Below are positions 47,617-58,124 of a DNA stretch of 64,000 nucleotides, one piece after another. Numbering within the stretch: the first letter of the stretch is position 1; each line of letters starts with the position of its first letter. Location of the stretch: positions 288,001 through 352,000 of the IMG/VR virus record IMGVR_UViG_3300029288_005873. One strand, 5' to 3'. A program made the position numbers and the translations under genes. Under the pieces are notes generated by a model. The model had not been told where the DNA came from and did not search any database. It worked only from the letters and a program-made list of their open reading frames with translations. Origin of the DNA: a virus (lineage: Duplodnaviria; Caudoviricetes).

Positions 47617-50600
47617 TTTCCAGACTCCTGCGACCATCCACCAACTGGAGGTTGTCTAAGCCGCACTTCAACCACGCTGTCAAGAGTATCATCTAATGTC
47701 CACGACTGATCACTAGCAGCCACACCAGCTTTCAGAAGGTCAAGATCAGTCTTGCTTAAACCAGAGGCATTTGCTGCCAACTGTTGTAGCCAATCCTGCT
47801 GTATAAGTTTCTGTGGTACTGCTGTATTTACCGCATTAGGACTACCCATTACAGCACTGGCGGCCGAAGAGAACCCGTCGCTTTTTTCTCCAGGAGCTAC
47901 AGGTTGCGACAACCAATTAGCCACTGTTGCCATGCGATCTTTTTGGCTAGATTCGTTCGAAGAACTGCCAAAAGCTATAACCACAATGCGTGGACTAATA
48001 TCGGGCTTGTTTGGGTCTAATAGGTTCTTAGCAACATTAAGAACATTTAGAAGCATCTGATAATTTCTCGTTCCATCCTGCCCACCAAGCAAACCTGTCT
48101 GTCCAGTCTCATTTGGAGAAAATCTTAAAGCAGCAAGCACCGTATCCGTTCCAGAACGGCTACGTCGTACTCTAAATGCGCCTTGGGCATTTGCTTTATT
48201 TGACAAACCTTTGCCTATAACATCCAAAGGAGTAGGTATGTATTCTCCAGGAGCATGACCATATGTAAGAGTTAAATTGGTTGAGAATCCATTCTCATAT
48301 GTAAAATTGTGTCCAACTCCATTTACATAGAATAACATCTGTAGGTCTGGGAGATAAACAACATCACCAAGCTGATAGAACTCATTCCCAACAACCTCTG
48401 CACTTCCACTTAGTATCTCTTTATATTGACGCGTCAAAAGCATTTTAGCATATGGTGCGCATTGAGTCTCAGCATTCCAGAAAAAGGGCTTCTCGAAATT
48501 CGGCTCCTGCCTAAAACCATATTGCCTCCAAAGGTCGAAATCTACCCCCACAGCTTTGTACATTGGAAAGTTTCCCGCTATAAGTCCACCGGGCTGACCA
48601 ACAAAGGCATCCGTACCAGTAACCGAGCATACTGTAAATGTAGGGGGCTTCTCATCAACTTTATATGTGTGTAGGTTCTCATCAGACAATATAAACCTTC
48701 TACCTGATAGGTGACCAAGAACACTCTGTGTATCATCCTCGATCATCTTCTCAAAAAGAGCCGAAGGTCTTGTAGATGTATTAGACCAACCTGGGGCTGA
48801 TTGAATTGCTCCACCACTATTTACGCTGGCTATTTCAACACTTTGCTCGAATGTTTTACCAAGAACGCGAAGAAGTTTTGAGCGTATACCAACTTGTTCA
48901 GCTATCCTATCCGTAATAGACGAAACATCGCTAGCTGGTGTTTGTTTGCCGTTCCTTATGGCGCCAACTTTTGCCTCATCAAAGGCTGGAAAGCTTCGTT
49001 TTGGCTGACCTGTTAGCTTTACAAGGTTATCTACCTGTTCATCATAGAAACTTGAACTGCCAATCGCGGCACCCGTAGGTGACACTTCGCTCTTCACCAA
49101 ATTGGCTTGAGCAACAGCCGAAAAAAGACCAGATCCATATGACGACACTCCGCTCCCAGTAGATACCAACTCTTGTAATTTTGCGAGTTCAACTTCGTTA
49201 ATTGCTTGGTCCTTAGTTACAGCAGCTGACCACGATCCTTCTATTAGTAATTGGGCTGAACCACTACCATTCCTAGATAGCGAACCTTTGAATATCATAG
49301 CTTTAGCTGATTCATTATCCGTTGCCCCAAGAAGCGCAGCTTGACGCAACATTTCATATTCGGCTGCCCTAATATCATTCATCAATGAATCAACACGATT
49401 TGATACCAGCTTCTCCAGGAAATCTGGAAAAATCTTTATTCCTGAGTTCGCATTTAGCGCAAGCATAGCATTCAAAACAGTAAGTGGAACACGATTGTAC
49501 TGAGGGGGTCGAAGCTCAAGATGACCCGACGAGTTACAGAAAAATTCCAGATCCATGGTATCCGCAGCCTTTTTACAAAGTTCGTACACCGAATCTCTGG
49601 TATTCTTCCACATCTCTGGGCTCTGGTCCCGTAAACTAAGCGCAAATGCCTGAACGTCGAAATCTTTATCATATTCCTCAGATACGATGAGGAAATTCTT
49701 GTCCCTGTTATACATTACATCTTCGCGGCGACGCTGGCTGACGAAAAGCATCCGATCTCCAAAAAGCTTAGCATCATCCGTATCGGTTGGATTAACTAAG
49801 TCGAAACCTATATCGTCTCCAGCTATACGCCAAGTGGATGGATTGTTCTGGACAAGATCATTAAAAACATTCTCTTCACTATCAAGCTTGCTTTTGAGTC
49901 TCGCTTGCTCACGTTCCAAGGCGCTTTTGCTTTGGAAATAAAGAGGATCACGCTGACGACCCGTTTCATTGAGGTTTGCGAAAGAATTCTCAAGATTCAT
50001 AATATCGTCGGAAACCTTAGCATATTGGCTAACAGTTTGCCTAAGTTGTGCCGACTTTTGCGTAAGACGTTGCTGAGTGGATATAGCCTGAGCAAGGTCT
50101 TTTCTATCCGCATTTACAACTTTGAAGGGAGCAAAATTTCCTTGTACAAGGTTTAGTGACTTCTGGACATCCAACAAACTATGAAAATAGTCCCTTCCAC
50201 TATTCAAGGTTGTGTCTAGAGAGAAAGAGCCAGAATTAAGGGCGCTAGATACGAATGTGGCAGTGTTGTGCGGATAACCAGTTACCAGAGAACTTATAAT
50301 ATTTGCTATGTCCATATTAGCCATGGCAACATTTGCCGCAAAAAAACCAATATCGCGACGTAGCTGACGTTCGTTCGCCTTGGTTGGATCAAGGGGATCA
50401 GTAGTAGACATGTCGTATGTCATTGTTACAATTCCCTCTTTCCATCGATATTTTAACCCTGGAGGCATTTCGTATATTGGAATAAGCGATCCTCCAATTA
50501 CTTGTATATCCTGCTGCATTTGATCAAGACTACTAATGCTATCGCCCCTATTCCTACCATGTGTAGCAAAAATACCATTGTTTAGCAATTTTGTATTTGT

Positions 50601-52346
50601 ATCAGATAATACAGCCCTACCAACAGGAAGACCTGTGGCAGGATCGGTATCAAACTTAAATGGTGTAAGTGGGTCATATATGATACCTTCAGTCTGCTGT
50701 AGAGCTGGTTGTTGATTATATTTGGATATTTTCAACCACTCCATATTCGAAGTAGCAGACACGGAAACTTCATATTTGCCAGCCTCAGCATTGTATGACC
50801 CAGAGGCACTCATAGTGAGACCGCCAAAAACCGGAGCACCCGGAGCTCCAGCTATTGAATATAACTTTTTGAAGTCATCAAAATTAAGCCATTTTCCACT
50901 GCGTTCCCATGCAACTCTTAACAATGGTTCGTCTATCTGCCATGTCTCTTGTAAACCAAGAGCTTGACCAAGTGATGAAAGCGGATCTGTGTCAACAGAT
51001 GTTCCGATATCAGCAGCCTCACCAGAAAGTCTAGAACCACTGTCAATAAAGATATAAATGGCATCCATTGGCTGTATGACAAGTTTACCCATATAGAACT
51101 TTCGCATCATGCTTCTGGCATAACGCATTGATTCCCTAGTTGTAGCATCGTCGCCACCGCTAACTTGTAAACCATCCATTAGATTTCGCCTAGTAGACAT
51201 AGAATAAGCTTCAAGGTTGTTCAAAATAAGCTTTACTAAACTCTTCTCATTTGAACTCAAAGTGTGCGGTTCAGGAACCATGTCCAAATTATCCGCCGTA
51301 AGTGTCATACCTACGGCATCAAGTGTAGCTGAGGCTCCTTGTCCAGACACGCTTACAGAGAATGATATTGAGCTTTTTTTGGAACTGCGACGACTTTCCG
51401 TTAATTGGGCATCCTGTCTTTGCGCGTTTGCCAAAGCTAGACCGGCTGCTTTGTCCAAAACATTCACTAATTTAGAAAGTGCTGTATCACGCAAAGCCAT
51501 TTCTATGTCGTTCTCTGAAATTCTAAGTATATTATATGGATTTTCAAGCGTTAGACTACATGTACCCTCGCCACCTATAGATAGATTTGTATTAAGCGCA
51601 GACACCAATGTTAATTCGAATACTCCACTACCAGCTCCAAGCTTAGGATCGAATGGAACATCTGGATCATAGAACCAAGTCGTTACATCTACAGGCTGTC
51701 TGTCTCTTATTGCTTTCTCTAGGTTGCGCATAGATGTAAAAAATCCCACTTGCGAATCCGAGGATTGTGTATCATCCAACTCTGCTGCGAAACCACTTAT
51801 CAATGAGGCAAGTGCAGATCCTGCGGTCGAACCTCCCTCAGCCAGTTTTTTAATTTTCGAAAGACGCTCATAATCAGCTATTTCTGCGCATTTCCTAGCA
51901 AACAACCTTTTGGTTGCGCGAAATAGCCATTGTTCAGCATCATCCATGAGAGTGGGATCATATAGATGGTTTAGTGATGCAAAGGCTCGTTTCTTCACCA
52001 GAACGCTTAGAATAGGCGTTTGGTTAGTAACGCGCATTACAGAAGCACCCTCCATTGGAGATAATAAACCTCCAGAAGGAGCACCACCACCTGGAATAAC
52101 AGTATGACCACTACCGGTAAAGTTCTTGTCGAAAATCTCGGCATTGGCACTATACAATCTATCTAAAACCCCACCCATAGCATCTTGGACAGAACTTAGA
52201 AAATCGCTACCACCGCGTAGTTTTGTACCATTTGGTGCGTTGAAAAGGTCGGGTTGCCCAATAGAGGATCCAAATTCACGAAGTAGTGATCCGAATCCGT
52301 CCCCAGAAGATATATCGGCCTGAGCCGAGGAGATAATTATAGACAC
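47613..52346 (-). CDS. Baseplate hub (gp27/gpD-like) large tail protein
   Basis: LEFFCNSSGHLELRPPQYN; GSAEVVGNEFYQLGDVVY....MLFYVNGVGHNF.....FSTNLTLTYG; lies between tube initiator and spike. Confidence 0.7.
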   Translation of the reverse strand: MSIIISSAQADISSGDGFGSLLREFGSSIGQPDLFNAPNGTKLRGGSDFLSSVQDAMGGVLDRLYSANAEIFDKNFTGSGHTVIPGGGAPSGGLLSPMEGASVMRVTNQTPILSVLVKKRAFASLNHLYDPTLMDDAEQWLFRATKRLFARKCAEIADYERLSKIKKLAEGGSTAGSALASLISGFAAELDDTQSSDSQVGFFTSMRNLEKAIRDRQPVDVTTWFYDPDVPFDPKLGAGSGVFELTLVSALNTNLSIGGEGTCSLTLENPYNILRISENDIEMALRDTALSKLVNVLDKAAGLALANAQRQDAQLTESRRSSKKSSISFSVSVSGQGASATLDAVGMTLTADNLDMVPEPHTLSSNEKSLVKLILNNLEAYSMSTRRNLMDGLQVSGGDDATTRESMRYARSMMRKFYMGKLVIQPMDAIYIFIDSGSRLSGEAADIGTSVDTDPLSSLGQALGLQETWQIDEPLLRVAWERSGKWLNFDDFKKLYSIAGAPGAPVFGGLTMSASGSYNAEAGKYEVSVSATSNMEWLKISKYNQQPALQQTEGIIYDPLTPFKFDTDPATGLPVGRAVLSDTNTKLLNNGIFATHGRNRGDSISSLDQMQQDIQVIGGSLIPIYEMPPGLKYRWKEGIVTMTYDMSTTDPLDPTKANERQLRRDIGFFAANVAMANMDIANIISSLVTGYPHNTATFVSSALNSGSFSLDTTLNSGRDYFHSLLDVQKSLNLVQGNFAPFKVVNADRKDLAQAISTQQRLTQKSAQLRQTVSQYAKVSDDIMNLENSFANLNETGRQRDPLYFQSKSALEREQARLKSKLDSEENVFNDLVQNNPSTWRIAGDDIGFDLVNPTDTDDAKLFGDRMLFVSQRRREDVMYNRDKNFLIVSEEYDKDFDVQAFALSLRDQSPEMWKNTRDSVYELCKKAADTMDLEFFCNSSGHLELRPPQYNRVPLTVLNAMLALNANSGIKIFPDFLEKLVSNRVDSLMNDIRAAEYEMLRQAALLGATDNESAKAMIFKGSLSRNGSGSAQLLIEGSWSAAVTKDQAINEVELAKLQELVSTGSGVSSYGSGLFSAVAQANLVKSEVSPTGAAIGSSSFYDEQVDNLVKLTGQPKRSFPAFDEAKVGAIRNGKQTPASDVSSITDRIAEQVGIRSKLLRVLGKTFEQSVEIASVNSGGAIQSAPGWSNTSTRPSALFEKMIEDDTQSVLGHLSGRRFILSDENLHTYKVDEKPPTFTVCSVTGTDAFVGQPGGLIAGNFPMYKAVGVDFDLWRQYGFRQEPNFEKPFFWNAETQCAPYAKMLLTRQYKEILSGSAEVVGNEFYQLGDVVYLPDLQMLFYVNGVGHNFTYENGFSTNLTLTYGHAPGEYIPTPLDVIGKGLSNKANAQGAFRVRRSRSGTDTVLAALRFSPNETGQTGLLGGQDGTRNYQMLLNVLNVAKNLLDPNKPDISPRIVVIAFGSSSNESSQKDRMATVANWLSQPVAPGEKSDGFSSAASAVMGSPNAVNTAVPQKLIQQDWLQQLAANASGLSKTDLDLLKAGVAASDQSWTLDDTLDSVVEVRLRQPPVGGWSQESGK

Positions 52347-53177
52347 TTACTCCTCCCCCTTGAAGGTAAGTGGGGTTGTCTCATAGTCTGAATGCCTATA
52401 GTTTATTGGCTTACCAGTCGTCTGGTCTATATCTGCGGGAGACCTGTGCCATCCTACGAAATTGGTACGTGTACCTCTCCTGTCAGTAACCTGGAAAGAC
52501 ATCTGGTATGTAAAAACTCCAACTCCTTGTTGTACACTTTCTTCTATAGAGAAATCAATAAAGTATCCCTTAAAAACCCATCCTTGAAAATACATCTCAA
52601 CTGCCAAGGCAAGAGAACCCAAGGTAGGAAGAAGGGGAGGATTTACACCCGGACCAAAAAGACCAGCTATGGCGCTACCAATAGCTTTACCTGGGTTTGA
52701 AACTGCTGCTTGTATACTCCCAGTAATACTTCCAAGAGAAAAACTACCTAGACGGTCGGAAAGAGATTGAGCAACTTTCTCAAATGCTTTCTGTTCGGCA
52801 AGGTATACATCCCGCAGAATGTTTATGCCCTCAATCCCAGATGCACCAGTTGTTCCACTGATTATTACAGCGGGAAACTCAAGACCCCAGTATTGAACTA
52901 TGTATCCACCCTTTGTTCTGCGTTTTGAGATAACCTTTTTTTCCTGTATTCTCATCTGCTGTGGGTTGATATACATATCGACATAACCAAGGTCTGGAAC
53001 GCGCCAACGCATAAGCTGTCTCTTGCGAGAGCCGTTCGGCATTTGCTGATTATTAGAAACAATTGAAGGAAGCTGTGGGTCCCCTTCGCGTATATTTCCC
53101 TTATCACGCAATGGATCAGTTGCTGGATCCTGCGCTGGATTTACTGTTATTTGCTGACCAACGGTTGATATAGCCAT
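52347..53177 (-). CDS. Tail tube initiator / baseplate protein (gp48/gp54-like)
   Basis: MYINPQQ....KK......TKGG..VQYWG......ISGTTG; F.G.F..FSIEES; directly after the tape measure gene. Confidence 0.7.
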   Translation of the reverse strand: MAISTVGQQITVNPAQDPATDPLRDKGNIREGDPQLPSIVSNNQQMPNGSRKRQLMRWRVPDLGYVDMYINPQQMRIQEKKVISKRRTKGGYIVQYWGLEFPAVIISGTTGASGIEGINILRDVYLAEQKAFEKVAQSLSDRLGSFSLGSITGSIQAAVSNPGKAIGSAIAGLFGPGVNPPLLPTLGSLALAVEMYFQGWVFKGYFIDFSIEESVQQGVGVFTYQMSFQVTDRRGTRTNFVGWHRSPADIDQTTGKPINYRHSDYETTPLTFKGEE

Positions 53178-53198
53178 CAGGTCCTCAATAAGACAAAA

Positions 53199-55334
53199 CT
53201 ATTCCGTCTCTCCCCCAAATTCCCTACCTGCCCCGCGTACTATTTTCCTAACCTCTTTCCTCAAACAGTCTTTACATATGATATGAACATCTATCGTCTC
53301 TGATTTTATCGGCTCGGCTATATATGTCTCAGCTTCAGTATTTTGAGCCCGCCCTCCAGTCTTTCTAGTTGGTTCGGCTCCACCTTCTGCTGCTTTTGGT
53401 ATTTCTAACTCAGGTTTCCTATAGAAAATCGGCATAGCACCAGTGCCAGCAAATGCTGAATTTGATCTATTATCCAATGCCGGTCGCAACGGTTCTGCCA
53501 TAAACTGCTCCATAGGTCTGGATGGATTTATTGGAGCTTCACCAGAAACTGTTCGACGCGCCATCCAAGCTGTCCTTCTTGCTTCTGCGCTGCCCGCTCC
53601 AATAAAACCTCGCCTATATGCCTGACCTTCTTCCTCTATTCGCGCAAAAGCACTTCCTGCAACACTACGAATAGCACGCCCAGCCATAGGAATGGATCTG
53701 GATGCCCTTGTTACATCAAGATGACTGAGTCTTTCACCAACAGATCTCGCCCCAAGGGCTTCACCTATACCAGCAAGTTTTGACCCAGCAGCACTCTCTA
53801 TATCCACAAGGCGACGCATGAATTCATTCATACGCCCAATGCCCATGGCTGTCTTTTCTGCGGCAGTTGTACTAGCATTTTGAGCCTTTTGTCCATCGGA
53901 CATCAGACTTTGCATATCCTTGGAAGCAGCAGCGCTTGTTATACCACCCTTCTCTACATTCTGTAGAACCTCTAAAACCCTAGATTGCTGAGCGCTACCT
54001 TGGACTCCTAGCATTTGACCGGCTAATTGCCTCTGTAACTGGAATTGCATCTCTAGTGCGGGACTATTTGCGGCTTCTTGTAAAGTTATAATTCGTCCAC
54101 CGCCAAGTCTAGATATCGCCTGTTGGACGCGCTCAAGATTCTTTTCCATTCCACCTTCCTGTCGCATCTCAAGCTCCATACGCAGGGCACCACCAAGAGC
54201 AGATGCGCCACGAGCCATACCTGACATCTGAGCCACAAAAGCTTGTGTATTTAAGCTCATACCAGCTATTCCACTGGACACTACACGAGTAAGCTCTCCA
54301 ACCTGTGACACTGGAACTCCAGTTAATGAAGTCTTAAATGTTGTCCATAGATTCTGAGCTTCGGAGATGTGCCTTCCAAAAATTGCCAAAGGAGCACTTG
54401 CTTGCTGAATCTGGCTGGATGCAATCTCAACTGATACTCCACCAACTGCTGCCGCATTCTTGAAATCAACAAGGGCTTTTGCGACTTCTGGAAGTCTAGC
54501 CTCCCCAAAATCTTTGAACGAGGTATTTAGAAGCTTTGCTGCCTCAGTAGCATCAATACCAGCTCCACGCGCAACCAGGAGATATTGTGCCAACTGAGTC
54601 ATATTTTGACCAGTTCCACGCGCTGCCGTCGTAACAGCATCCAAGGCACCTGGAACCATGCGGGTAGCTTCTACAAATCTCTTTTGTGTTTCACCGGAGA
54701 TGAAGAACTGCGCAGCCGTTTTCTGTATAGAATCAATGACGAGATTTCCCCGACCACTGACTTCATCCATGGACTTTCCTAGTCCTAAGTATCCAATATT
54801 AACAAGATCCTGAGCTTGAGCATGTTTACTAAATACTTCATTGAGCTTCAAAAGATCAGGACTCATTGCGCCTATGACATCTTTAGCCTCGGAAAATGGC
54901 TGTAGCAGAGCCTTGCCTGTATCTGAAGCAAGCATAAGTCCAGCTATTCCAGCTCCAACCAGACTTTGCTGTAGTTGAAGCATACTTTTATCAAGTCCTA
55001 AGCTAGAGACTGCGGTTTCGCTGAGACGTTCGCGCATATCTGCCACAGATCGTGAAACAGCCTGGGCTGCCTCTTTAGCCTTTATAAAAGCAAGTTGTGC
55101 CGCATCTAACGATGGGGTTAACTTAGCCATACTTTTGCTTATCCCATCAATTTCCTCTTGTAGTTCCTTGACCTGTTTGGAGTTGTCGCCATAGACCCTT
55201 TTTAGGGTCGTCATCTTATCGATAAGCGCTTCCTTCTCCCTCGACAATTTTGCATACGAAGCAGCAGCCTTGTCAGCAGCTTGCGAAGAAGCTTGTAACA
55301 GTTCAGGATCCACGGTGTTGGGATCATCAGCCAT
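53199..55334 (-). CDS. Tape measure protein
   Basis: Ala/Gln-rich helical sequence directly after the chaperone pair; start MADDPN at 55334. Confidence 0.75.
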   Translation of the reverse strand: MADDPNTVDPELLQASSQAADKAAASYAKLSREKEALIDKMTTLKRVYGDNSKQVKELQEEIDGISKSMAKLTPSLDAAQLAFIKAKEAAQAVSRSVADMRERLSETAVSSLGLDKSMLQLQQSLVGAGIAGLMLASDTGKALLQPFSEAKDVIGAMSPDLLKLNEVFSKHAQAQDLVNIGYLGLGKSMDEVSGRGNLVIDSIQKTAAQFFISGETQKRFVEATRMVPGALDAVTTAARGTGQNMTQLAQYLLVARGAGIDATEAAKLLNTSFKDFGEARLPEVAKALVDFKNAAAVGGVSVEIASSQIQQASAPLAIFGRHISEAQNLWTTFKTSLTGVPVSQVGELTRVVSSGIAGMSLNTQAFVAQMSGMARGASALGGALRMELEMRQEGGMEKNLERVQQAISRLGGGRIITLQEAANSPALEMQFQLQRQLAGQMLGVQGSAQQSRVLEVLQNVEKGGITSAAASKDMQSLMSDGQKAQNASTTAAEKTAMGIGRMNEFMRRLVDIESAAGSKLAGIGEALGARSVGERLSHLDVTRASRSIPMAGRAIRSVAGSAFARIEEEGQAYRRGFIGAGSAEARRTAWMARRTVSGEAPINPSRPMEQFMAEPLRPALDNRSNSAFAGTGAMPIFYRKPELEIPKAAEGGAEPTRKTGGRAQNTEAETYIAEPIKSETIDVHIICKDCLRKEVRKIVRGAGREFGGETE

Positions 55335-55338
55335 TTTT

Positions 55339-55769
55339 TTAGTGCTCCATTGGAACAAACTTCACATCGTCCAACTCTGTCTCAAGATATGCGCTAGCAT
55401 CCAAATCTTCGCGCATCTTCCTGCGAACAACCTTTCCAGTATTCGGAAGAGCGAGTCCTTCCTTCTTTTCGGGCACGCTCAGTTTTCTTCCAAAAGTCTC
55501 CTCTATCTGTCGCGCAAAATCCTTATCACTTATCTTAAAGGTTTTTTCGCGCGCCTTGCGAACCTGGTCGACACCTTCTGGGTTCCAGAAACTGGCATTA
55601 TATTCAGCCATATCGCGCATAAGTTCAAACTGTTCTTTGTCGTCCGCCGCTAATTGCGCAGCATACCACAACCATTGTGTAACACTTATGCGCTCAAGAA
55701 GGGGGTCGTCGACAGGCAAATGGAGAGCTTTACATAGCTTCCAGCGCAGCCGAGCCCACGGCCCCTCTG
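55339..55769 (-). CDS. Tail assembly chaperone frameshift extension (gpT-like part of gpGT)
   Basis: The -1 frame after the slippery site reads LAEGPWARLRWKLCKALHLPVDDPLL... and is continuous with ORF 55339..55719. Confidence 0.8.
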
Positions 55770-56264
55770 CTAGTTTTTTACCTGCTCCGGTTCCACTCTC
55801 TGCTTACTGCGTTTGAGAAGTTCTTCGTAGAACATATAAAGCCTGTCAACCACGGATCCCTGCATTTTCCGCACAAGTGTAAGCTTTTTCTCGAGAATGT
55901 TAGCCTTTGGTTCCGCATCAGCTGGATAAAGATCCTCAAATGGGCGACCACAAAAAGTCTCCACCGACATGGCTACAACTAGACGGCGAAGTTCGACAAA
56001 CCCAGCTGCATCGGATGCTGTTGACGAAAAATTCCTAAATATGGTTTCCTGGGTGTCGTCGGCCAGAGTGGACATCCTAAAAGGTTTGCCATCCACTTCG
56101 ACAGTGGCTGTTACTTTTCCACATTCAATTAGCGACCGCAGGTCATCCGTAGAAATAGTTGGCTCTTCGACCGGCTCAACCTTAGCGATGGGCTCATTTG
56201 CCTGTGTGCCCTGTGGACGCCCAATATTACCAAATATAGGATGGGAAAACTCTACCATGTTCAT
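55770..56264 (-). CDS. Tail assembly chaperone (gpG-like)
   Basis: Between tube genes and tape measure; ends ...EQVKN* on slippery GTA AAA AAC. Confidence 0.82.
   Translation of the reverse strand: MNMVEFSHPIFGNIGRPQGTQANEPIAKVEPVEEPTISTDDLRSLIECGKVTATVEVDGKPFRMSTLADDTQETIFRNFSSTASDAAGFVELRRLVVAMSVETFCGRPFEDLYPADAEPKANILEKKLTLVRKMQGSVVDRLYMFYEELLKRSKQRVEPEQVKN
55773..55779 (-). other. -1 programmed ribosomal frameshift slippery site A AAA AAC
   Basis: X XXY YYZ heptamer in the correct phase just before TAG, followed by GC-rich stem GCCG-TGGGCT-CGGC. Confidence 0.8.
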
Positions 56265-56638
56265 GCTCCTTCTTTTTCAGCCAGAATTTTGGCTGAATTG
56301 TAAATAATATGGTCATCAGTGGAAATAAAGATGTCTATTTCCTCAGTTAACCAGCAATACCTAAATGCCTCTAAAAGATGTCCGTCTTTAACTCGGCGCA
56401 CTTCAATTCTAAATGGCATGCGCTGCGTTTTCATCATAACGGGAGAGTTAAATATATCAAAAATTTTCTCAAGGTTTAGCACAAACTGGAAAGCTGATAC
56501 GAACTCTATATAGGATCTAATCTCCTGGATGGTACCAATTTGTTCTCCCTGATCCGACAACACAATAATATGCGTAGACGAATCAGTACGGAAAACGGTT
56601 TGAGCCGTCTCGGTCTGCGGATAAGAAAGTTCTGCCAT
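56261..56638 (-). CDS. Short, divergent tail tube paralogue 3
   Basis: YPQT, IGTIQEIR, QRMPFRIEV, CWL, II..SA.I.AE align with tubes 1 and 2. Confidence 0.7.
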   Translation of the reverse strand: MAELSYPQTETAQTVFRTDSSTHIIVLSDQGEQIGTIQEIRSYIEFVSAFQFVLNLEKIFDIFNSPVMMKTQRMPFRIEVRRVKDGHLLEAFRYCWLTEEIDIFISTDDHIIYNSAKILAEKEGA

Positions 56639-56658
56639 GGAATGCCCCTTTGACGTCT

Positions 56659-56676
56659 AAAAGGCTGATGCCAGCC
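56659..56676 (-). terminator. Possible weak intrinsic terminator/attenuator hairpin
   Basis: GGCTG-GCAT-CAGCC followed by TTTT on the minus strand, after the high-copy tube genes. Confidence 0.4.
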
Positions 56677-56736
56677 GGGTTGTCGGCGGAGGAGGGAACC
56701 TTCCATTTTTCCGCCGTTGGGAAAGAAATGGGAAAA

Positions 56737-57510
56737 TCAAGATTGATTTCCCTGATTGTTTTTATGGAAACAATGTCCATAGATTCCAAAAGATTGATTA
56801 CAATTCTGACAAAGTACTCTAAAACCAATGGGATAATTGTTTTTTCTCAACCATGAATATAGCCTTATGCTACTTCCTCCAACTTCTTTGCGATGTTTTG
56901 TTCCTCCACCATCAATATGGTCAATACATAGAAATTCGAGATTCGTTTCATTACAACAAGCACCATAGTGTTCAATTACTTGGCATCGCAAACGTACACA
57001 ATATCTAGCTACACATTCTGTTTGTTTTGTTCTAGATTTCTTTTTGTTTTTATACTCATTAACAATTTCCTGAGCTTGATGTGGACAATATCCATAAGCA
57101 CCAAAAGATTGATTACAGTTGTAACAAAGAATCCTAAAACCCTCTGGATATCCTTCTCTGCGCAACTGAGCATAAAATGTACTGCTGTGTTTTCCTGTTT
57201 CTCTTCGCTGCCTTGTCCCTCCTCCGTTTATGTGATCCAAACACAATAATTCGAAAATAGATTCCCCACAACACTCACATTTGTTTCCATAGTGCGCAAA
57301 CACTTCTTTTTTAAGAAGTAAACGATAAGCAACAGCACGCTCAGCATCTTTTAATCTAAAACTAGGTCCTTCTTCACGCAATTTACGCATACGAGTGCGT
57401 GCTCTGGTATTTATTTCATCCCTATGCGCTTCATCGTATGCGTGTTTTCGTTTTAACACTTTATCACGATTTTCGCGATAATATCTCTGATAACGCGTAA
57501 GTTCTTCCAT
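56737..57510 (-). CDS. HNH-family homing endonuclease with two tandem HNH-like domains
   Basis: CECC...LCLDHINGGG...ILCYNCN and CC...LCIDHIDGGG...VLCQNCN; basic N-terminal helix. Confidence 0.85.
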   Translation of the reverse strand: MEELTRYQRYYRENRDKVLKRKHAYDEAHRDEINTRARTRMRKLREEGPSFRLKDAERAVAYRLLLKKEVFAHYGNKCECCGESIFELLCLDHINGGGTRQRRETGKHSSTFYAQLRREGYPEGFRILCYNCNQSFGAYGYCPHQAQEIVNEYKNKKKSRTKQTECVARYCVRLRCQVIEHYGACCNETNLEFLCIDHIDGGGTKHRKEVGGSSIRLYSWLRKNNYPIGFRVLCQNCNQSFGIYGHCFHKNNQGNQS

Positions 57511-57517
57511 ATTTATT

Positions 57518-58120
57518 TTACGAACTGAATGCTGCAGAAATTAACCCAGGTGCATCAAGAACACCTCGACGATTTCCAAGGTCTGCCTCGCGCTCAATCT
57601 GTTCAATCTGAGGCTTCATGTCGCGCGACCCGCCCTGAGCCGCATTTGCACTCGACCCAAGCCTGCTGCTTATATCCTCAGCCCAAATTGTTGCCGACTC
57701 GGTGATGATGTAATTGTCGGCCTTGTATGGCGTCGAATAGTCCTGAAACCAGCAGTTCGTGTATGTATGTGTAACTGCCAGTTCTCCATCTCCGCCCATC
57801 TGGTCGATAACAAGAATGTCAAACGGAAGCCGTTGAGACTTGATATTCAAGAACCCACGCTCAAAAGCTTCGGGAAGGCGCAAACGATCAAAGACCACGC
57901 GCTGTACCGAAAGCTGTACTTCGGCGCATTTGGTCGGGACAATCTCAAGAACGCCGTCCAAACCTAGTTCTACAACCCTTGTCAGCTGGCGACTTTGCCG
58001 CACCTCGATCGACTGGAGTGCTCCAACCGTATCTGAACCGACCTTTACGACAATCTGCGTAGAAAGTCCAGTGCTAACGCTGCTCTGGAGTGTACTCCCA
58101 GTTTTCGGATAATCCGACAT
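57518..58120 (-). CDS. Tail tube protein 2
   Basis: YPKTGS, GLSTQIVVKV, VGALQ, RVVFD.LRLPEAF.RGF, QRLPFDI, NCWF..YSTPY.ADN..I.E. Confidence 0.85.
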   Translation of the reverse strand: MSDYPKTGSTLQSSVSTGLSTQIVVKVGSDTVGALQSIEVRQSRQLTRVVELGLDGVLEIVPTKCAEVQLSVQRVVFDRLRLPEAFERGFLNIKSQRLPFDILVIDQMGGDGELAVTHTYTNCWFQDYSTPYKADNYIITESATIWAEDISSRLGSSANAAQGGSRDMKPQIEQIEREADLGNRRGVLDAPGLISAAFSS

Positions 58121-58124
58121 TTGT

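Noticed and set aside
56636-56737. HDV-like or hammerhead ribozyme, known riboswitch, or tRNA remnant in the structured spacer
   Set aside because: Pairing order resembles HDV but the P1.1 GG and J4/2 consensus are missing; CTGATG is not followed by A; no cloverleaf. Kept only as a generic structured element.
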